Part shown: in pieces, positions 39,296 through 52,090 of the stretch
How the letters are laid out: every line of letters begins with the position of its first letter
How positions within the stretch are numbered: the stretch's first letter is position 1
NCBI GenBank assembly: GCA_951406725.2
Contig: OX597815.1
Location: 188,852,001-188,916,000, forward strand
DNA: 64,000 bases
From: Octopus vulgaris
Taxonomy: Eukaryota
Reading direction: 5' to 3'
The notes under the pieces: generated by a model
What the model saw: the letters and a program-made list of their open reading frames with translations, nothing else
Database searches by the model: none
Told to the model about the DNA's origin: nothing
Position numbers and translations under genes: made by a program

Positions 39296-39762
39296 TATAA
39301 TAATATTTCTAGCAGGTATAAAGACTGCACAGATGCTTCCTCAAGGCTTGTTATCTCGACTAAGTGTTTGAAATTCAGGAAAAATTCAAGAAAAATGCAA
39401 GAAAACTTCCATCTGCATTTCTATTGTCATGTAGTATAAGTTAGGTGAAACTTACAGGAAAATAAAAATAATATTTGTTGCAGAATATTTTTTTCTTACT
39501 TGTCATATTCTCTCTTGTTGCATCTGCTGCATCTGTTGACAATCCTACATCTGTTATAGTCCTTCTTGCTTGTATTTTCATTATATAATGTCATGGTGAC
39601 ACAGAATGGATATATAGACATTGCAGTAGTTACTTCATGGTGGTATTTTTCAGCTGACTCGTAAAATGTAACATTTGTTAGCAATCAGAATTTGTGGCAT
39701 TTCCTTATATTGATTAATTTAACAATGTAAGGGAAGAAACAACTGGTACAACTAACATCATC

Positions 39763-39794
<32 letters not shown>

Positions 39795-39868
39795 TATCAT
39801 CATCATCATCATCATCATCACCATCATCATCACTGCCATCATCATCCCCATCATCATCCCCATCGTCA

Positions 39869-39908
<40 letters not shown>

Positions 39909-39960
39909 CCATCATCATCACTGCCATCGTCATCCCCATCATCATCCCCATCGTCATCCA

Positions 39961-40001
<41 letters not shown>

Positions 40002-40038
40002 CCACCACCACCATCATCATCACCGCCATCATCATCAC

Positions 40039-40070
<32 letters not shown>

Positions 40071-40794
40071 CCACCACCACCACCACCACCACCATCATCA
40101 TCATCGTTTAACGTCCACTTTCCATGCTAGCATGGGTTGGATGGTTCGACCGGGGTCTGGGAAGCCAGAAGGCTGCACCAGGCTCCAGTCTGATCTGGCA
40201 AAGTTTCTACAGCAGGATGCCCTTCCTAACGCCAACCACTCTGTGAGTGTAGTGAGTGCTTTTTTACGTGCCACCGGCACAGGGGCCAGTCAGGCAGTAC
40301 TGGCAACGGCCACGAACAGTTGGTGCCTTTTATGTGCCACCGGCGATAACATAAAATTTTAAAAATGGGTAGAGTTTTATATAAGCTCACTGGAACTTTA
40401 CTTCCTACTTACAGCTTATTCAGAATCTATAAGGCGAGATCTGATTAAACACACTTTTAAAAGCAGTAGAAAAGATTTCTATATTTTCTTCTGGCCTATC
40501 TAAAGTAGAAGTGCGAAGGCTTTGCTAGCAGACAAAATTGCATCTACATTATAATTTGAATACTTACTCTTTACTCTTTTAACTCTTTTACTTGTTTCAG
40601 TCATTTGACTGTGGCCATGCTGGAGCACCACCTTTAGTCATGCACATCAACCCCCAAGACTTATTCTTTGTAAGCCTAGTACTTTTTCTTATTTCTTTAC
40701 TGTCCACAAGGGGCTAAACATAGAGGGGGCAAACAAGGACAAAGGGATTAAGTCCATTACATCGACCCCAGTGCATTGTCTTCAACAGGAGATA

Positions 40795-40857
<63 letters not shown>

Positions 40858-40859
<2 letters not shown>

Positions 40860-41120
40860 CAGGATGACCACTAGGTGGACATCCAATATGTTAAATGTAG
40901 ACCCCATATGGTTGACCACTAAGGAAAATGAATTTTATTGAGGACAAATTTTTCTAAGTGGTCAGACCATATAGGGTCTACATTTAACATATTGGATGTC
41001 CACCTAGTGGTCATCCCTCTTATATTTATGTAAAATGATTTTTCTGAATCTTCAGATTTTTTCAATATGTTAGGCCACTGGTTTAAATTGATAAATTTTG
41101 TACCCTTATTATTTCAATTT
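40858..41120 (+). mobile_element. TA-flanked insert with a ~60-bp 5' inverted duplication and the conserved 3' motif
   Basis: ggatgaccactaggtggacatccaatatgttaaatgtagaccc..(40862-40920) pairs with about 40957-41016; atgttaggccactgg at 41067-81. Confidence 0.65.
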
Positions 41121-43663
41121 ATATATATATATATAAAATAAGACTGTGTTTTCCAAAATGGAGGTGAACAGCTTTCTCCATATGATCGGCTTGAAAATTT
41201 GTTAAGACACTAGATATTTTCCTACTGTTTTCTTAACATGAAACCAATGGTAGCCTTAATTCACAAATAAGGAAATTATATCCACCAATGCGGTGTTGAG
41301 CTCTCATTTTCCTCATTTGACAGTAATATATTATGTGTGAGGTTGTTTTTGGAAAGAGTAAAAAAACAGTATTTAGAAGAATCCAGTTAATGGCCCAGAG
41401 CTTCTTAGCAAGCAAAAATCTACAAAATATAGTTTCCAATTACCTCTTCTTTGCTATTCCTTCAAGGTATTTTGCATATCACTTAATCTTTATTTTGTAT
41501 GGATTGGATGTGTCTTCTCTGGTACAGCATCTCTCAACTTATTGTCACACCTCATCTCCTCTCTGAGGTTCAGCATTCTGAGATCAGGTTCATATTCAGG
41601 ATTATTTCCCAATTTGGCAGGTGAAAAACTGCTGAGCATTTTGCCCAGCATGTTAATAATTCTGCCAGCTCACTGCTTAGTTTACTGAGAAATATTAATG
41701 TAATTCTGTGGAAGATTTAACAATATCAAAGATGCATACAAAAAGATGCAGTGGAAATCTTTAGAGCATAGTTAATAACATCTGTAATGTCAGTGATGGA
41801 CACATGAAGATTGCTAGTTCCATCCCTAGCACTTTGGGTGCTCTTTTCTTCTTTGTTACCAAAATATTGGGTCAGCTTAAGTCTTGTAAGTGAAATTGGA
41901 TTGATAGACTATGCACCTTCATTGGTCAGTTAAAGTTGAGACAGTGTAATGTGGCAACTTGTTGGGGCTGCCTGCTGGAGCCTAGCAGCAAGTATTTAAA
42001 GGGAAAAATTTGACAAGTCAGTCAGTCACCAGCTGACACTCGCTGATGATACATCGAAGAGGCCAGGGAACCGAAGAAAGAAGAAGAAAGAAGACATGCA
42101 CCCAACACCAGAGCTGAAGACACCTGAAAGATGGGGCCCCGCCACGTCAAAACGGCAGAGGAGTAGGGGCCGAAACCGGACGTGGTTCCTCCTGATGATG
42201 TCTTGAGCTGACCACGAAACACGGTTGTAATTCCTGTGTGATAATCCATTGGATGGATTGTCTTTTTTATTCAATTTATGCTGCTAAATTTATACAAATT
42301 AAGTTGGTGGATAAATGAATCAGTTAGAATAATCCAAGAGGACATGCTTCTGTTTCTGCAAAATATTTCTCAATCTCAACAGTGAAATAATATCGTCTTG
42401 TGTTATGCAAAATCATTTGTCTGTCTCTTCTCTTTGTTAGTATCAAAATAAGTTATTTTCTCAGCTCTACATGACTCATGTTGGCAGACTGGATTCTGAA
42501 AATCTTGACATTTGTATTGTTTATGATAAATTTATTTGCATTACAGAATTTCATAGGTTTTCTTTTTTTTTTTTTGCTATAGTTTTTACATATGTGAGTT
42601 CATATGTCCTAGTATTTCTACGCATACTTATTTCTTTTATTTCTTTTACTGTGATAAAGACAGGATGTATCTTGTAGAAAAGTGTGTTTAAGGAAATCTA
42701 ACCTTAAACATTCTTATCATTTCTTCTTCAATGAAAAGCCCTGCCTAAAATGTTAGAATTCTCTTTCCTGTGAACTTTGGTGAACCTATGTTTGCTGACA
42801 CAGATTACACCAGTTTCTCTGGATTCTAGTATTTTATTTTAATATGCTTTTATCTTTTCTTAATACCATTGAGCATAATCAACCCTTTATTGTGTAGGAT
42901 TGGTTCAGAATAACGTATTGCCTTGTAGAAGTATCATGAGGATTACACACTCAAGCTTGATATCAGAGGTCATAAGATATATTCTTAACCGTTTCTATTT
43001 TCTAGTATTTATGGCTAACATTTGTATACCCATGTAGATAATTTTAAAATATTTGATGCATTCTCATGGAAAATATACAAGACCTATACTTAAGATAATT
43101 TGAAGAAATATGAGAAGATTTGTAACTAAATGTTAAAGTGTACAAAGATTACCTGTGTGCATATAATCACATAACATACCACTTTGATTCTAACGTATCA
43201 AAGTAGTTGTTACAAATAAAGTCAAAGTAAAAACAACAAAAAAAGTGGAATTTGGTGATCAGAATAAAACTGGAGATTTGCCCAAGCCATATTATAACAG
43301 TAACTATCAGTCAATTATTATATTCATGGAAAGGAAAGGTAAATTTAATGGTTAATGTTCATGAATGTCGTAAATGTGTCTTAGTGATCGGGGTCATTGT
43401 AAATGTGGGGGCAGGTATTATCAGGGCTTTAGTAACAAAGTGTATGTTCATAAGATCTTTCATTCTAAGTATTTTAGTTTCTGGTCAAGGTGATCTCTGG
43501 ATAGGATCTGTGCTGTGCTGTCTTAAGGCATAGTTCACTAGGCAGTTGCCTTCAGGCCTCGCAAGTCTAAAGGTTCAATCCTTATCTATGTATGCTTCGG
43601 TCTGCTACCAATAAAAAATATTCTAAAGGATCCAGTGCATTGATTTGCATGGGGGCCTACAAT

Positions 43664-43925
43664 CAGGGCTGGATTAAGACCCACCAAGGCTCTATGAACT
43701 TGAAAGATTTTGGTGCCCCCACCCCATAAAAGATTATATAATTCAGAATATAAACAATAACAAACCATAAAATAAATTTTTATTTTTCAAAACGAAACAA
43801 AACAGTAAGAGGGAAAATAATGTTTATTTTTGCATACTTCTGCTTTATTTATATTTGCAAAGTTTCTTCTTCCTTTTTTGAATTGCAAAGTCTTTGATCA
43901 GATCCTCAAAATTGATTTTAGGTAA
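43664..43925 (-). mobile_element. hAT transposon 3' terminal fragment
   Basis: Terminus cagggctggattaagac; minus-strand PKINFEDLIKDFAIQKRKKKL resembles the end of the hAT dimerisation domain (..IxxFAxxKxRK). Confidence 0.65.
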
Positions 43926-44462
43926 TCTGTGAATGAAGCTGTATATTGTGTAGAGGTGTAAACAGTGTGTTAGCATAAATTAAAAAGAATCAGTGCTAGG
44001 CCACACCATTATCTTACACTAATCGAGAAGTTGCAAATTCTGACTATTTTTATTATAACATGATCATGTGACCGACCAGACTATCAAACGTTACACATCA
44101 CTGGTCACAATGTGCTTTTGCATTGTTTTAGCCTTCAAATGATGCCACCCTGCTGGCTAGGCTAGCACAACAACAATTCCTGGCTGATCGAAGGGAAATG
44201 AAGTGTTTTGCTCAAGAACACAATGCACACTCAGTCCAGAAATGAACCTATGATCTAGTGATCATGAGTGCAACAGCCTAACCACTAGGCCACATACCTT
44301 CAATTCTTATCAAACTCTACTGATATATTTGATGAATTGAAAACATGTTCTGAGATAAAAACAGAAATATATGGGTCGGTAATAATAAGGATAAGTTCAT
44401 CTAAGATTTTTGAGGCTATTCATAGGAGTTTGTAGGCCTTTGTAATACATGTATAAATACAG

Positions 44463-44794
44463 GCATGCAATTGAGCCAACCTTTTATTGCATACATGAGC
44501 CAGCCTTTTATAACATGCATATGAGCCAACCTTTTATAGCATGCAATTGAGCCAACCTTTTATTGCATGCATGAGCCAGCCAATTATTGCATGCATATGA
44601 GCCAGCCTTTTGCAGCATGCATATGAGCCAACCTTATATAGCATGTATGAGCTAGCCTTTTATAGCATGCAATTGAGCCAGCCTTTTATAACATGCATAT
44701 GAGCCAGCCTTTTATTGCATGTATGTGCCAGCCTTTTATTGCATATATGCACCAGCCTTTTACAGCATGCATATGAGCCAACCTTTTATAGCAT
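44463..44794. repeat. Minisatellite, 13 units of 24-26 bp
   Basis: Consensus gcatgcatatgagcca(a/g)ccttttat(a/t). Confidence 0.92.
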
Positions 44795-45428
44795 TGATAT
44801 GTGCATACATATTATAAAACACTGGCTCATTTCTGCATGTAGAGCTGATTCACTTGTTATTTAAATACCTTCAGGCAAATTGCAAGTATTTAAATAAAAA
44901 GCTGAGTCAACTGATTGGAGACCTGCGGATAGACCAAGGATTAGATGGTTAAATAATATCCATAGTTTCAGATCGTCTTTCTTGAGAATCCAGTTGGAAA
45001 GTGTAATGATGGTTGCTTCTGATATGGAGAAGGGGTTTGAGTTCTCTAAACTGATAACCCTCCCAGGAATATCAGGTGGAGAGAACGGATGAATGAATGA
45101 AATGATTGCCATTCCAATTAAATGAGTCAAGTGTTACTTTCATTTGCTCACTTGCTTCAACAAAATTTCCTTGCTCCATTCTTTTGTGTGCTATTACTTG
45201 GTGACTGTTCTTCATTTCATGCCTTGTCAAAAGACCACTACATATGTGTATATATATGTATATATATATGTGTGTGTGTGTGTGTGTATAAGAGATAATA
45301 GTGTCATTGAGACCCAAAGGTGTCAGGTAATGCTGAATAAGTGCTATAGACAGACCATAGTTAAGTTCGAGATTCGGTAATATTGCGAATAAAGGGTTCA
45401 ACATTGGTTCTATGTCAGCATGTGTATA

Positions 45429-45557
45429 TAAGAATTTTTGCATAATACGATAAAAAAACCAAGGCTGTATAGATATTAGAGCATTTATAGATAGAAGGTC
45501 TTACAGCTAATATCTATACAGCCTTGGTTTTTTTAAATCTTATTACGCAAAAATTCT

Positions 45558-45559
<2 letters not shown>
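45429..45559. repeat. TA-flanked fold-back element with ~50-bp inverted arms
   Basis: taagaatttttgcataata..aaaaaaaccaaggctgtatagatattag / ctaatatctatacagccttggtttttt..tattacgcaaaaattctta. Confidence 0.8.
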
Positions 45560-45608
<49 letters not shown>

Positions 45609-46754
45609 ATGTATGTATGTATGTATGTATGTATGTATGTATGTATGTGCATATATATATGTGCTCATAAATATTTTGCACCACATGTTACTGGTTTTTG
45701 GTGCAAAACAAGCCAGAACACCAATGGATTAATGGATTTATAATGTGGCAGATTTAGAATCGTTATCCCAATAACTCATACCATGGTTTCAGGCCAACAC
45801 CCAACACCATGGTATATGAGCATCTGAACGGCATAATCTTTATAGGTATGCCTTTTTAATTCTTTGTCCATTTCCTCACATACTGTTATTTGCTATTATT
45901 TTGGTGGCTTCTGGCAGTTAAATTGAGACTTTAGCTCTCATTTCTAAATAGGTTGATGCTAACTGCATCCTAATGCCTTCATGCTAATTCTGAATTTTAT
46001 AGCTTATAATGATATTAAACCTGTGAACCGCCTGTATTACTGCTGTTAATATTATCAATTAAAAATAATTGCAATAGATGGTATTAACAGTAGTAACATC
46101 TTATTTTGAATGTTTTTGCTTATATAAATATATATATACTACACCGTATCGACTGGCCTCCGTGCTGGTGGCACGTAACAAACACCATCCGATTGTGGCC
46201 GTTGCCAGCCTTGCCTGGCCTCGGTGCCGGTGGCATGTAAAAAGCACCATCCGAGCGTGGCCGTTCGCCAGCCTCGTCTGGCACCAGTATAGGTGGCACA
46301 TAAAAAGCACCCACTACACTCACGGAGTGGTTGGCATTAGGAAGGGCATCCAGCTGTAGAAACACTGCCAGATCTGACTGGCCTGGTGCAGCCTTCGGGC
46401 TTCCCAGACCCCAGTTGAACCGTCCAACCTATGCTAGCATGGAAAGCGTATGTTAAACGATGATGATGGTGATGATGATGATGATATGTGGGAAATTATG
46501 TCTGTGGGTGTGCATGTAGAGTTGTTAGCTAGAATACAGTATAAAGCTTATCTACCTTCAGATTTCCCAACAATCACTTTGACATTAACAAAATCACCAT
46601 CTCATTACATCCACACATTCAAAGCAATTTGCCAATGGACCTTCTGTCACAACTCATCTCTTGTTACACTCAGGGGCTGCTACTAACTCCAGGCCATGAC
46701 AGCAGGATGCTCTTGAAGCTGAGAATTTGAATTTACAGAGATGATATTTATATC

Positions 46755-46845
46755 TCACCTGAAGAAACACAACTAGATCTCATAATGTAAAGAAATGGTT
46801 ACATAACCAAGTACCTGCGAACCTGCATAGAAACAATTGTAGTGA
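46755..46845 (+). ncRNA. Degenerate type I hammerhead motif with long stem II insert
   Basis: tcac CTGAAGA (about 64 nt) GAAA caattg TA|gtga. Palindromic stem III and stem I tcac/gtga are present, but the base of stem II pairs poorly. The element ends at a TA/TG tract near 46900. Confidence 0.5.
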
Positions 46846-47689
46846 TTGAAAATAATAAATGTCCAACCGTACTCCTTGTTGATTCCACCTTTTCCAATTA
46901 TATATGTGTGAGTGTGTGTGTGTGTGTTTATATATATGTGTGTGTTGTGTAGGTATTTATGCATATGTGTATGTATATATGTGTGTTGTGTAGATATTTA
47001 TACATATGTGTATGTATATATATATATATATTTTACCAAATATATATGTTTTTATTATTATTTTGCAATTTACTTAATCATTGGTATATTATTATTATTT
47101 TATTTTTAATATTTCTATTATATGTAATTTTCTAGATGGTGTAATTTAATTGTTCATTTTGAATTGATAAAAAGTGTTTTTTTTCTAATTTTTATATATA
47201 TATATTTTGTGAAATTTGATTTAGTATTTCTAAATTGAATTTTTTTCCCTGTAAGTTAGGAATAATATTCCCTCAAATAATTATTATAATTATATACATA
47301 TCGTGTCCGTTGCCAGCCTCGCCTGGCCCCCGTGCCAGTGACACGTAAAAGCATCATCCGTTTCGTGGCCATTTGCCAGCTCTGTCTGGCCCCCGTGTTG
47401 GTGGCATGTAAAAGCACCATCCGTTCGTGTCCATTGCCAGCCTTGCCTGGCCCCCGTGCCGGTGACACGTAAAAGCACCATCCGTTTCATGGTCGTTTGC
47501 CAGCTCTGTCTGGCACCTGTGCGGGTGGCACGTAAAAAGCACCCACTACACTCACGGAGTGGTTGGCATTAGGAAGGGCATCCAGCCGTAGAAACACTGA
47601 CAGATCTGACTGGGCCTGATGAAGCCTTCCAGCTTCACAGACCCCATTTGAACCGTCCAACCCATGCTAGCATGGAGAACGGACGCTAA

Positions 47690-47733
<44 letters not shown>

Positions 47734-49340
47734 ATATATATGCATATATATATATATATATACATACACATATACATATATGCATATGCACACATGCACA
47801 CACACACACACACACACACAAGCCTGCACACACACAACACACATACACACACACAAGTGCACACACACACATATGAATATGCATGTTTGTATATGTCTAT
47901 GTTTGTATGTATGTATATGTCTATGTCTATGTATGTATGTATGTATGTATGTATGTATGTACGTATGTATATGTGTATGCATGTGTGTCTTTCATACCTG
48001 TGTGCAGTTTCAGACTGCAAAGTATTCATTGATGAATTGATTACATAAATCCATTAGAAAGCAATTGGCAACTAGTTTTCTGCTCGTTATTTCTTTTTAA
48101 TTGCTGTGCCAGTCGTAATTCAATCGAGTTTCAAATAAACATTTTATTCCACCGATTCTTATTGATGCCGGTATTTCGACATCTATCTACACAAAGAATA
48201 AATAAATGGAGAGAAATTGCAAATACACAGCATTAAAAGACTTTTCAGTCAATTAACTTAATCAGATGAACATCTTTAATAAGGAAATATGAGAACATTA
48301 GTACCATTCTTTGATAAGGAATTATTTCAAAGACAGAATTCAAAGATAGGATTGTGATCTATTTGTTTTGAACTCGAAGCTTACTGACATCGTAGGTTTT
48401 TGGTTGTATCTTCCTCTTTCATAATTAGGAGCTTGTTAGAATTATACACCATGCTAGAGAGAATTTACTTAAAAGAAAGGATTTTCCTGTTACCTTTACC
48501 TGTTTTTTTTAAAAAAAGGATATACAAATAAATGGTAGAAATGATAATAGAAATCAAGTGAAATATCTAAGAAGTGTATTTATAAATTGCTGTAGACTGG
48601 AACTTTCTGATGGAGGCACATAATAAATTTGTGTGTGTGTGTGCGTGCGCATATGCGGGTGCCCTGACTGGCTTCTGTGCCGGTGGCATGTAAAAAGCAC
48701 CGTCTAATCGTGGCCGTTGCCAGCCTCACCTGGCCTCCATGCCGGTGACACGTAAAAAGCACCATCCGATCATGGCCGTTTGCCAGCCTCGCCTGGCACG
48801 TAAAAAGCACCCACTACATTCATGGAGTGGTTGGCGTTAGGAAGGGCATCCAGCCGTAGAAACATTGCCAGATCAGACTGGGCCTGGTGCAGCCTTCTGG
48901 CTTTCGAGACCCCAGTTGCACCGTCCAACCCATGCCAGCATGGAAAGCGGATGCTAAACGATGATGATGATGATGATGTGTGCATGCCTGCTAATACATG
49001 TTGCCATAATATATATTGCCAAAGGCGACGAGTTGGCAGAAACGTTAGTACACCGGGCGAAATGCTTAGCAGTATTTCGTCTGCTGTTACATTCTGAGTT
49101 CAAATCCTGCCAAGGTCGACTTTGCCTTTCATCCTTTCGGGGTTGATTAAATAAGTATCAGTTATGCACTGGGATCGATGTAATTGACTTAATCCGTTTG
49201 TCTGTCCTTGTTTGTCCCCTCTATGTTTGGCCCCCGGTGGGCAATAAAGAAATAAATATATGTTGTCATGTAGACATATACATGTGCACTTACGTTTGCA
49301 TTAACACATCACACACACACAGATATATATAAATATTGAA

Positions 49341-50087
49341 GACAAATCACAAATCCCTTCAGGTAGATGGCCCTGCTCGATCTGTAGAAAAGGCATAGGC
49401 AGCAACTCCAAAAGATGCACCCAATGTAAGCTATGGACACATAAGAGCTGCAGCAATATCAGAGGAAGGCTAATTGGGAAGATAGTTTTTGTGTGTGGCA
49501 GATGCACAGGGGCAATAAACACTGAAAATGTGCAGAAAACAGCTTCCGTCACATGCCAGAGGAAAAAACTAGAAGTAGCTGATAGCTTCTGTTACCTAGG
49601 TAACTAAGTCAGTAGCAGGGGTGGATGCTCTGAGAGCATAGCTGCTAGAATAAGAATAGCCTGGGCAAAGTTCAGAGAGCTCCTCCCTTTGTAGGTAACA
49701 AAAGCCTCTCACTCAGAACGAAAGGTAGACTGTATGATGCATGTGTGTAATCAGCCATGCTACATGGCAGTGAGACATGGGCTGTGACTGCTGAGCACAT
49801 GCATAAGCTTTCAAGGAATGAAGCTAGTATGCTTCACTGGATGTGTAATGTCAGTGTGCATACTCGACGGAGTGTAAGTGCCTTGAGAGAAAAGTTGGAC
49901 CTAAGAAGCATCAGATGTGGTGTGCAAGAGAGACGACTGCACTGGTATGGTCATGTATTACATATGGATGAGGACAGCTGTGTGAAAAAGTGTCACACCC
50001 TAGTAGTAGAGGGAACCTGTGGAAGAGGTAGACTAAGGAAGACCTGAGATGAGGTGGTGAAGCATGACCTTTGAATGTTGGGCCTGG
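49341..50087 (+). mobile_element. RTE-clade LINE fragment (RT domain 7 and C-terminus) containing a PHD finger
   Basis: C4HC3 motif at 49374-49505, then LEVADSFCYLG, ARIRIAWAKFREL, MLHGSETW, RRLHWYGHV, RGRLRKT. Stops and frameshifts present. Confidence 0.88.
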
Positions 50088-50677
50088 GGTCAATTTGTTT
50101 GGCTAAAACCCTTCAAGGTAGTGTTCAAGCATGGCAGCAGTCAAATGACAGAAACAAGTAAAAGAATAAAAGAGTAAAAGAGTAAATATCCCCATCATAC
50201 AAGTGGCATCATTTGTTTCCAATCTTCCATGAAAACATGTAAGATTATGGTTTGATATTACTTTGCTTGGAAACAAGTAAAGATTAATCACAAGAAGAAC
50301 ATCCAGTCAAAGAAAATCTGCATCAATGAATTCCAAATGGCTCACTCAAGCATGACAAAATGAATGCCAAAGTGATAATGTTGAAAGCTGAAGTATGATC
50401 ATTGTTTTGACGTTGTTGGGTTCCACGTGCTTGAGAATTTCTCTATGAGGAATTTTGTCTTTCCAAGAGATTCCAAGGACACACCGATGACAACAAAAGA
50501 AACCTTGCACAACTAGGCGTAGGATTGGCTGTATGGTAAGTAGCTTGCTTACGAACTACATGCTTTCGAGTTCAGACCCACTGCGTGGCACCTTGGGCAA
50601 GTGTCTTCTACTATAGCCTCGGGCCAACCGAAGCCTTGTGAGTGGATTTGGTAGACAGAAACTGAAAGAAGCCCGTC

Positions 50678-50724
<47 letters not shown>

Positions 50725-51374
50725 GTGTCTATGTGTATATGTTTGTGTGTCTGTGTTTATTCTCCCAACATTGCTTGACAACCGATGCTGGTGTGTTTAC
50801 GTCCCTGTAACTTAGTGGTTCAGCAAAAGAGACTGATAGAATAAGTACTAGGCTTACAAAGAATAAGTCTTGGGGTCGATTTGCTCAACTAAAGGCAGTG
50901 CTCCAGCATGGCTGTAGTCAAATGACTGAAACAAGTAAGAGTAAAAGAGTAAATGTGGATTGTTTCTAAGGTTTTGATTTTGATTTCTTCAAAGCATTCA
51001 TACTTCTCTCACAAAGCATTCGTACTTCTCTCGCAAGAAAAGTCCCCAGGATTTTTTTCCTTTTTTAAGCCTAGTACTTATTCTATCAGTCTCTTTTGCT
51101 GAACTACTAAGTTACGTGGATGTAAACACACCAACACCAGTTGTCAAGTGGTGATGTGGGGACAAACAAACAAAATACATATCTCTAGCCACATTAGCGG
51201 ATCTATTTTTAGCACTAGAGTGAACCACATAGTGGTCACTCTCTAATATTTTTGTATAAATTTGTATTTTATCCCTTGGTTTTTATGTGCTAAGCCACTT
51301 GGTGTTAAATTGATGGTATTATTAAATTAATATCAAATTTTTCACCCTCATTTGTATATATATATATATATATA

Positions 51375-52090
51375 TATAAAACGTCATTTACTTCACTCCG
51401 GTGAGGAGTGAACAATGTGATTCCAGAATACCGAAACCACAAGTTCTGCTGGGCTGGACATGTTGTAAGGTTTACAAACAACAAATGAACCCGTGTAGTT
51501 ACCCAGTGATATCTAAGCAATTGGAAAAAGCACTGCACTGGTTTTTGCACCAGTGCGACACCAGTGCAAAATCACCTCCCTCCGACAAGTCATCCTAACG
51601 AGACATCTGCGTTGGCTGGGTCATGCCCTCCGTCGTCAACCAGGAGAATTCATCTACAAAGCAATTGCCCCAGCTCCCCTTCATGGTTGGCAAAAGTGAT
51701 GTGGTGGACAACGAAAAACCTGGCTGATGACTTTCAAGGCTGGTCTGGAACCCAACCTAGTCCCCCATATCTACGGCGTTCGCTGCTGGAATAAGAAGTG
51801 GTTGGAGATCATGCAGTCATTAGCCTCAAATTGCCAGGTCTCTTTGGCGTTTGTGAGAGATGCAGCATTGAGGATGAATGAAGCCAGCTCAACCCACCCT
51901 GGGTGAATGCTGTCTCAAGACAAGAAGACAATTGGAAAAAGCCACTAGGAAGGCCTCCATGACAATGGGAAGGTAGTTTTGCTAAATAATTTGGATCAAG
52001 CTGGCATAATCAAGAAAGAATTGGAAGTGTATTGTGGCCAGCAATGTGCAACAGCATCTGATGGTCTGGTCAATACTGTGATACTGTGAC
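51375..52090 (+). mobile_element. RTE LINE 3' fragment (host of a nested insertion)
   Basis: KFCWAGHVVRFTNNK*TRVVTQ*YLSNWKK//PLGRPP*QW; its tail cattgtggccagcaatgtg..gtgatactgtga resembles SINE D tail type 1. Confidence 0.7.
51532..51928 (+). mobile_element. Second RTE-like LINE 3' end nested in the first
   Basis: RHLRWLGHALRR..GGQRKTW; tail caagacaagaaga; perfect 14-bp TSD caattggaaaaagc at 51518-31 and 51929-42. Confidence 0.85.

Noticed and set aside
39496-39700. Possible minus-strand host exon ending aa|GTAAGA
   Set aside because: No recognisable domain or clear acceptor; cannot be supported without RNA or homology data.
42190-42235. CTGATGA..GAAAC as a hammerhead
   Set aside because: No stem I complementarity (cctc versus attc).
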